A DNA stretch of 64,000 nt from Tubulanus polymorphus. Taxonomy: Eukaryota > Animalia > Nemertea. Shown here piece by piece: positions 55,944-64,000 of the stretch (the stretch's first letter is position 1; every line of letters starts with the position of its first letter). The stretch spans positions 22,562,950 through 22,626,949 of the forward strand of contig NC_134029.1 of the NCBI RefSeq assembly GCF_964204645.1, in the 5' to 3' direction. The position numbers and the translations under genes were made by a program. Below the pieces are notes generated by a model. It was not told where the DNA came from and did not search any database. It was given only the letters and a program-made list of their open reading frames with translations.

Positions 55944-56734
55944 GATTACGGGTCCTTTCTCTTTAAATCATCTATTCTAATAATTCTATCTCATTTCAGA
56001 AAGGAAAAATATAACACTATCTATGTTTAACCTTTAAGAAGTATATCCTGAAAATTTGATCAATGACAGGCGCCATTAAGTAACTGCGCCACGGAAAACA
56101 CGTTCTTGACGCGCGAGTTCTGGGGGAATTTATGAAACCGGACTAAGAAAAGTAAGTGAAAAATCGGGAATTGAAACATGGACTTCGTTTTTGAGTCCAT
56201 GTTTGATCCGATTCATTTACCCTCTGCCAGGAAAATGCACATTGGCGAATCCGTTTAAGAGTTAATCATTTTTGAAGGAAAATATCATGCATGGCTAAAA
56301 ATAAGGAGGCCGTTCTGACTACTCATCCGCGCCTGATCTAAATAGGAACTACCAAGTTTTTGTGTGGTGGAGATCTTTCCCAAGGCGGGGGTTCCTGCCA
56401 AGCAGCAACTCCCTCGGCAGGATGCCATCAGGTTCGAATACCGGCCGGGGGGATGGCCAAGGAGGTCAGCCATCAATTTGCGATAAGTTACGTATCGTAA
56501 ACTGTACAACGTACGGTATCGACCGACCATATGTGACACTATTGGAATGACATATTGTTTTCAATTAAATCTATATGGTCTAATAAGGAAAGAATTCAGT
56601 TGAGAAAAGTTTATTTACCAACCACTCAAAAAAAACGAAGGCGTGCTAAAGTCTACTCATTATTTGAAGATGAACTATATGTTCATAAGAGGGGCATCGA
56701 TTCTTGTCGATGTAGCACATAATTGAAAGATAAA

Positions 56735-57043
56735 AGCCGCGTTCACACTATCACTATAGACCGTTCCAAATAGGCCCGTTACTTGAACGGGCCTATTTGG
56801 AACGGACCAAATCAGAGTGTGCATAAACACATGCGTCAGCCTATACATTTATCTTTATAGGCAATATAGAGATTATATAAAATTTGAAAACTTTATTAAT
56901 CAGCTTGATGACGAATTAGTGACAAGTTTATTACAATTGAATTCATACTGCAGGGTATGACTTAGAATGGTACCAGTTTCTGTCCACAGGTATTATTTAC
57001 ACCGAATTTAGACCGGCCTAAATAACGTAGAGTGAACGCACCT
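56735..57043. mobile_element. Harbinger-like MITE with an internal perfect palindrome
   Basis: GCGTTCAC / GTGAACGC termini; 20-bp-arm palindrome CCGTTCCAAATAGGCCCGTT-ACTTG-AACGGGCCTATTTGGAACGG at 56761-56805. Confidence 0.55.
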
Positions 57044-57155
57044 ATAGATAATAATAATAATCATAATGATAATCGATCACATCACAGCAATTTGAACTTA
57101 TTGTTGAACAGGTCTTTCTTCTACTGGTGAACTTATCACAGGTCAGGTCACACTT

Positions 57156-60100
57156 CTACTGGTGAAGAGTTATGATCTTTGATCGTTCCGTTTTGTATAT
57201 TTTTTTCTCCTTTTAATAATGATACTTTTTCTTCATCCTCAGAGCCCTAAAATACAAGCGGATGTGTTGTTAAACATAAATTGAATATTGGTATGTTTGA
57301 AAAATCTACTCTTTCGTTGAATTCATGCAAAACTTAAGTAGACACAAGTGACTTAGGTTTAGTATATTATATATACATAGGTATCACTAAACCATAGATC
57401 CACAAACTTAAGACCTAAAACCAAATCGTGATTTGTGTACTAAGGACAGTTTAATATACATAAGTAACGAGACGAGTAGTACTGTATAGGTTAACTATTT
57501 ATTTGACGCACGAGCTTTGGCTTCTAATGAATAGAAGCTTCATCAGGTGAATGGAAACTTGATGAAGCTTCTATTCATTCGTAGCGAAAGCTCGTGCGTC
57601 AAATAAATAGTTAACCTATACAGTACTACTCGTCTCGTTTCCTATTTTAAGCCTGGTTAACACGGCTACTCTACGAAAATTCTAATATACGTGTATCAGT
57701 TAAAATGAGCCAGCCATTTGATAGCCAATCTCAATTTGGTTTATTTATGAGAGACAAGATATTTTGGGGTCTAAGGTTTAGTATATCATATAGGTGTCAC
57801 TAAACCTATGACCCCCTAACCATAAGACCTAAAGGGTCTTAGGTCCTCGGTTTAGAAGTTAGTTTGGTTAAAAACCCTTAATCAAACACATATCATCAGC
57901 TTCTTACCCGATTGAAAACACCCTTCACACACCCATACATGAAAGCTGCCATCATTATGACAAGGCCTAAAAATATCAAACCAAACTTGATCCATTGGAA
58001 GATCATCAGTGGCACCATCAATTGCTGTTTGAACTGGTTAGCAGATGGATCATTGAGTGAGGCACTCTAAAAACAATGAATCAACTCTATAAACTATAAA
58101 CTTCACTGTAGTTTTAGATAATGAATGAGAATAAATACACGATTCATAAAATACCTCTTCAAGCCACAATACCGGATATATGGTGGCCGGCAGCTTTTTC
58201 ATTGCACTGGAAAATGCAGAGACACATATTGCAATTAAAGCTACATGTATTCAAATCCAATTTTCAACATAAGCGGGTTCCAGAACAACTTACTCCAAAC
58301 CCGAGTAGTTTTTATAATGAATATTGATTTGAAGTCTTTTTGCTGCATTCATTGCTGCTCCAGTATACTGAAACGAGAGATATACCGGTATTCAAAGATT
58401 ACAACTTGTAGTTCAGTATTCATGGAGAAGAATCTGTTCAGTAAAATTTGACTCACCGGTTCAACATCTATAAATGTAGAATGATTTAATTTATTTGGAT
58501 GTACTCCATCAATTGCGTTTATATACTCAGGAGCTGCTTGGTAGAAATGTGGCTGTGAGACAATAACTGGGGCTCCTTAAGGAAAATATTCATGAAAAGA
58601 CATCAGTAAAAATAGTTATTTAGTAGAAGTGTATTTCAATGCTTTTATTCGAACCTTGTTTGCATCTAGTGATGTTTAATACTCCAGCTCCGAGACAATA
58701 ATTAGCGTTTGGCACACAAAATCCAATATTACTGGGATTAAACGAAACATTGGCAAATACATCGGGCGGAGGAACGAAACGCAGAAGGTTGATTCCTTTT
58801 AGCTGTTTCTTACTATCAAATGTTGCATAGATAGATCTGCATATATCGGAGGAGAAAACATACAAAGTTTCCGACTGATCTATAAATGGATGCCACATTG
58901 TTCCATCTGTAATTATTAGAATAACAATTAGATATATAATCCACAGCACCTTTCGGTTTCTATTTCCATTTATTGCTCTTAATCTAAGCTACCTGTTCCT
59001 TTTATTTCATTGCTGTAAGCGCTATTCCAGTAAGGTAGGCTCCTAAATACAAAAGTCATATTTTTGGGTACTAGTTAAACAAAATTACTTAAGCAGAATT
59101 ATACAGTAAAGTAGGTTTTACCTATTGCCTCGATATGTGTCAATCACATTGAACTTATTCAAGTCATTCACACCAGTAAAAATGTTATAGAAACCATCAT
59201 CAGTTCCATTTTGCTGAAGAAATCAAAACAAAATCCATGCATGAAAACATTGCAGAACAATAGTGCCCTATTTATTGAGAGAACTCCCATCTAAACTTAC
59301 ACCTGCGAATATTCCCACCAAATCAGGAACATTAATGCCAAATCTTTTCAGTATAGGACCGATCTTGGACAATATCGGGTCAGGATAACCCCACAGTATC
59401 TGATAGACTGTAAACTTTTGGAAGATTTTCTCACCAGCCACCGCAAGTATTCCATCGACGATTAAACGTTCCGCAAAATTTAGTTTTGAAAATAGATTTT
59501 GATATTGAAATGCTAATGTCTGAAATATACAGTAATAAACAATTGTTAAGACAAGTCAATCCCTTCGGTAGAAATTTTACCAGGATGGAATCTTACCGCG
59601 AGTGCTAAGTTGACAGTTGTAAAAGTATCGTTTTCAGTTCCCGCTGAAAGCTCAGGAACAAAAACGTAAGCTTTTGTTTGCCTGTAACTGAGAGTCGAAT
59701 TGTCATGGAATGCCAAGTCTAACTTTGGTCGAACCTCCCTAGAAAAGTATAACGTATTTTCATCAAGGTTGGTAGCATAGCGCATCGCATGAGAATCAAT
59801 GCAAATGCCTACCTATAGACGTAGGGACCTTTTTCGACAACCTTAGGTCTGGCCCCATTGAGCGTTGCGTCCTTATTTTGTAAGTCAAAAACACGGAATT
59901 TCATATATACAGGAACTGGAGGGTCTATCCAGTTTTTAAAACCCACCGAACCATTTCGCAATGGTATATTCTGCAAAGAAAATAGCAATAGTATTTCATC
60001 TGTCAGTTCTGCAGCGGAGGCTGAAATGGCTGTATCATGCTGTTTTGCATAGCTTACCTCAGCGACTTGGCTGTGTATAATTTCTGTGGATACGGGGAAG

Positions 60101-60177
60101 AGAATGCCACCAATAACAGCAATGACTAATCCGACAATTGCTGCAATTATTACTTTTGTTAGTTGAGAAAGGGCCAT
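57156..60177 (-). CDS. CD36 / class B scavenger receptor paralog B (LIMP-2/SCARB2-like), multi-exon
   Basis: MALSQLTKVIIAAIVGLVIAVIG TM, WIDPPVPVYMKFRVF, VVEKGPYVYR, ILWGYPDPIL, DGTMWHPFIDQSETLYVFSSDICRSIY, CLGAGVLNITRC, SQPHFYQA, IYPVLWLEE, TM; tail GSEDEEKVSLL...*. Confidence 0.93.
57466..57639. mobile_element. Near-perfect 174-bp palindrome with a hammerhead-like core in each arm (Penelope-like terminal fragment)
   Basis: About 83-bp arms differing at roughly four positions. Each arm reads (C/T)TGATGA-A-GCTTCTA..AGC-(G/C)AAA-GCTC-GTG and is followed by AATAAA. Confidence 0.75.
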
Positions 60178-60683
60178 ATTTTGACAAATTAACACGTATA
60201 GCACCGATTATTACGACGTAGAATAATTTGAATCGTCGCCAAAAATTACTATAAAAAACGGGCTGATGGCAAAGACGACGCTTGATTAAGAAGGGGTCTA
60301 AAATAATGAATCATCACGTGAAACGAACGCAAAAATGAACTGTGCACTTCAACCCGGAAATCAACAAATCAACAGTAAACACATTACGCAATGTCCTTAG
60401 CGTTCCCTAAACAGCGGTTCAGGACTTACGAATTTAATTCGATTCTTTATTGATCTTTGCGTTACAGGTTACATATCGGATTTCCAATTTCAATAAAGTC
60501 ATAAATTTTGAAATTAATTAGTAATCAAGACATAGAAACACCAATTATCTCGATCCGATCTATGCCTTTTCCGTATTTTAGATCAGCCGTAACCGTATTT
60601 TACCGGCACATTCTAAAATGGCGGCGCCCATGAATCGAAATAAATCCCATTTTCGTTAATTTGTCGGGGTGTATTCATTAGAT

Positions 60684-63600
60684 ATGGCCCATATATCCTC
60701 GTCACCGAATTGGTATTGTAGCAGAATCAGTGACTGTAGTCTAGATGGAGTTTACGCATACGGTGCACAAAATAAAATCCATCTTTTCGTCGCAAAAGGC
60801 TCGAAATGCGATGCAAATTTACTTCCGGGTTTTCTAGGATGTTTCGAAGCCCACTCAGAACGGGTGACATCTGTCTGTTTCTGTCCAACTGACAGTTCAA
60901 CCTGCTGTAGTGGTAGTGACGACGGTTCTGTTAAGATATGGGACATCAATAAGAGAACTAATTTGAAGGGGCATGTCAATCACCAGGTATATTTTTAAGG
61001 GTGAAGAAAAACAGATTACAGATTAAAGGCTACTAATTTTGGGCTAATATATTAAATATTTTAGGTTCTCTGTAGCTGCTATGGATGATCATTTACTATT
61101 CATCAATAATGAGATAATGCAAATCAGGGTCAAATAGAATATCGTCTTGAAAAAAATATTCTTCACAATTTTTCATATTACGACAGCCCGGCAAAGTGAC
61201 TTGTGTATGCTGGTCTGCAGTCAATGAATCACTGATTGTTAGCGGCGATGATAGAGGAGATATAGTAATCTGGAGAACAGATTCCAACGAACCAAAAATA
61301 TTCTCACCAGAAAAAGGCCACATTCAGGCTTTAAAAACTTCACCTCATAATGAGAACCATGTAGCAGTCGCGTAAGTTATTGATATTTTTGTAAAGTGTT
61401 ACTCATAAGAAAAGAAATTTGGTGATATTCAACAAGAAGAGATTTTTTTCAGGTACAAATCAGGGTTGGTTCTGTTGATCGATGTTGGCAATAAACTGAG
61501 CGTGATTTACAAATTGAAAGGTCACGATGATGAAATACACTGTCTCTCCTGGTGTCCATCAATGGGTGAACAACTGCTGGAAAAGCAGTCGTGGAGAAAA
61601 TCAGGTACGTTGAGTTACGTTGTGTTTTGGCAAATATTTCATGCTGATACAAATCTTTTTTCTTGCTAGTATGAGATAATCTCCCTGAATACAAAAGAAA
61701 AATAATTCCTCTGAAAAGTTTCCTTGTGCTTATATTTCATTCAATGTTTCTCCACTATAGTCTAATAGCCATCATCAGGAATAGCACGAATAGATGAAGA
61801 TAAGAATATTATCTCAAGGAAACTTTTCAGACTCCTTTTTCGTTCGTATCGCAAGATTTCATCCAATATCATTGTCACAAAACGGACAGACAGTTTCAAA
61901 CTTTATTCTCGAATATTTTGTAGAAGATGATTGCTTTTCACCGGCCGACGATGATAAGGATAATACTGGAGGTTGTTTACTCGCGTCGGGAAGTAAAGAT
62001 AAGACGATTCGAGTGTGGAGTTCTTCGCTGGGGAAATGTCTGTTCGTGTTGCGTCTGCCGACGAATACGAATAATCGTCGCGATCGAAACGACGAGAGCA
62101 GAGCGAGAATTTGGCTGACATTAGAATGGTTGAAAAATAAACCTAAACAGTTTATTTCCAGTTCCTTCGGGTAAAGTTTCCGATGAATAATTCTATGACG
62201 CTTTAAGTAACTGACCTTACTGCTTTCATATTGAAAGTTCTTTTTCTTTAGGGGAGAACTTCTTCTATGGGATTTGACAAAGCAGACCAAGCAGAAGTGG
62301 CAGGTATTTGGAACGAACGGAAACAAGGGACACAATCGAATTGTGTTTAGTATTTGCCCATTGAGACCATCAGAAAGTGGCCTAGCCACAATATCAATGA
62401 GCCGACAGGTACTTTTCTGTGTATTATTCATAAACGTTTTTGTAGTTTTTCAATATGCGAAGATTTTTTATGTTTTGCTAAGGTTCTGTTTTGGGACATC
62501 GATACAATGACATGTCAATCTGCTCTACCAACGTTGGGAGGTTTTCTATACAGTATCTCCTATTCGCCTATCAATCCAGGTAACGTTCGTATAGAAAAAA
62601 CCCTCGAATCATTTATTTCTAATCCTACATTTTAATAGATGTTTATTGTGACAGGTTTTTTGGCATTCGGCGTCGGAGACAATATGATCCGTGTATGGAA
62701 TACTGGTAACCCTTCTAATCTGTACGATGTCACATCTCTGTGGCAGGGGATTAGATCTAATGTAACAACAGTTTGCTGGCATCCCGATAAAGAAGGTATT
62801 CTGGCCTATGGCACTAAGGATGGACGTGTTGGCATCTATAACATTCTTTCAAACAAGTAAGAATTCATTTGATAATGATAATTAAATTCTAATTATTATG
62901 TCCAGTGAGTGCCTCAAGGTTTATCAGGAATGCTTTTAGAAAATCAATTCTAGTCAATATAGGTCTTGCTTTGCTTGAAAATTGATCAGTTTATTAACCA
63001 TTTCACTATGTATATCAATTTTTGATCACCAGATCACCAGAGATCTCGGGTACTTATCACAGAGATACAGTTTATGTTGTAACCTGGGGGCCCTGCTGTT
63101 CGGATGAAGAAGGTAAGAATTTGTCTCTTACAGTACTTAAATATTTAATGTCAATTTACTGGTCACCGTTTTCCTGATTTTTTGTGAAGGTGAAGATTCA
63201 AGTGAAATGGATTTATACAGCGTCGGTGATGGAATAATTTTCCAGCATAGAAGATCTCAGTTTCAGAAAGAAGCTTCAAATATCAATGATCTGATGAAAA
63301 GAACTAATAGACTCTCTGTAAGTAGATTTCATAATAACTGTGCTAAAAAACATCTTTTTTCGAATTGTGTGTTTTAATTATTGTCTTGTATTTCGGTATC
63401 AGCATTGTCCTCAAAGGAGTGAATTTAGTTGGAAGCCTGATTGGTCAGTTGTAGCTATTGGCAATGAAGATGGGTCAGTTATTACTTGCTCACATTACTT
63501 GAATGCGCCTTAATTCTTACAGATAATATTATGATTGTATGGGTTCATTCCATTCTAGATCAGTGGAGATCTGTAGAGCACCAAACCTGCAAATATTGTG

Positions 63601-64000
63601 TACGATATGCGTTGCTCGAAAATTAATCAACTGTCTGCGTTGGCATCCAAAGTATTCAGGTTCTTCGCCAGATGGTTCATCACTCCATTCTTGGTTGGCT
63701 ATTGGTTCGAATGAGCCCGCAGTAAAAGTAGTCGATACAATCTCTGCATTAGGTAAGAAACGTCTTCATAGTTTTACTTACCAGCAGTTCTCTATAACAA
63801 ATTTCTTGCTCAGCTATCTTTGTAATTTCCTACAGATAGGGAGGCTTCTCAAACTGCCATAACATTGACTGACTGTGCACACGAGCTGGTCGGACACACC
63901 GCTCGAGTTACTAGTCTATCCTGGAGCAATCACGTTGATGGTATGTTAGTGTCAGCTTCTTACGACGGAACAGCTCAGGTGTGGAATGCTATGCTTTGCG
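60684..64000 (+). CDS. GEMIN5: Gem-associated protein 5 (WD40), 5' part; runs off the window
   Basis: [15 protein letters not shown]-terminal signature, [109 protein letters not shown]. Confidence 0.95.

Overview
AT-rich, intron-dense eukaryotic DNA from a metazoan, most likely a ciliated invertebrate bilaterian (species cannot be determined from sequence alone). The prokaryote-style ORF track captures only exon fragments, so I spliced genes by eye. Thirteen genes: UBAP1(-), TRMO(+), FAM219A-like(-), DNAI1(+), FKRP(-), PMF1(+), STARD10-like(-), PGM2(+), PDZD11(-), RPS3A(+), two tandem CD36/SCARB (LIMP-2-like) paralogs(-,-) and the 5' part of GEMIN5(+). Many short non-autonomous elements are present (piggyBac-, Tc1/mariner- and PIF/Harbinger-type MITEs, fold-back elements). 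Main observations: (1) about a dozen frame-preserving candidate cassette/micro-exons in three clusters inside DNAI1; (2) two intronic fold-back elements with Penelope-type minimal hammerhead ribozyme cores; (3) six consecutive head-to-head gene pairs, one of which (FAM219A/DNAI1, near UBAP1) matches human 9p13; (4) a structured candidate ncRNA in the last RPS3A intron; (5) SCARB paralogs differing in a sorting motif and one intron. Gene identities rest on recalled protein motifs, not database searches, and exon borders may be off by a few bases.
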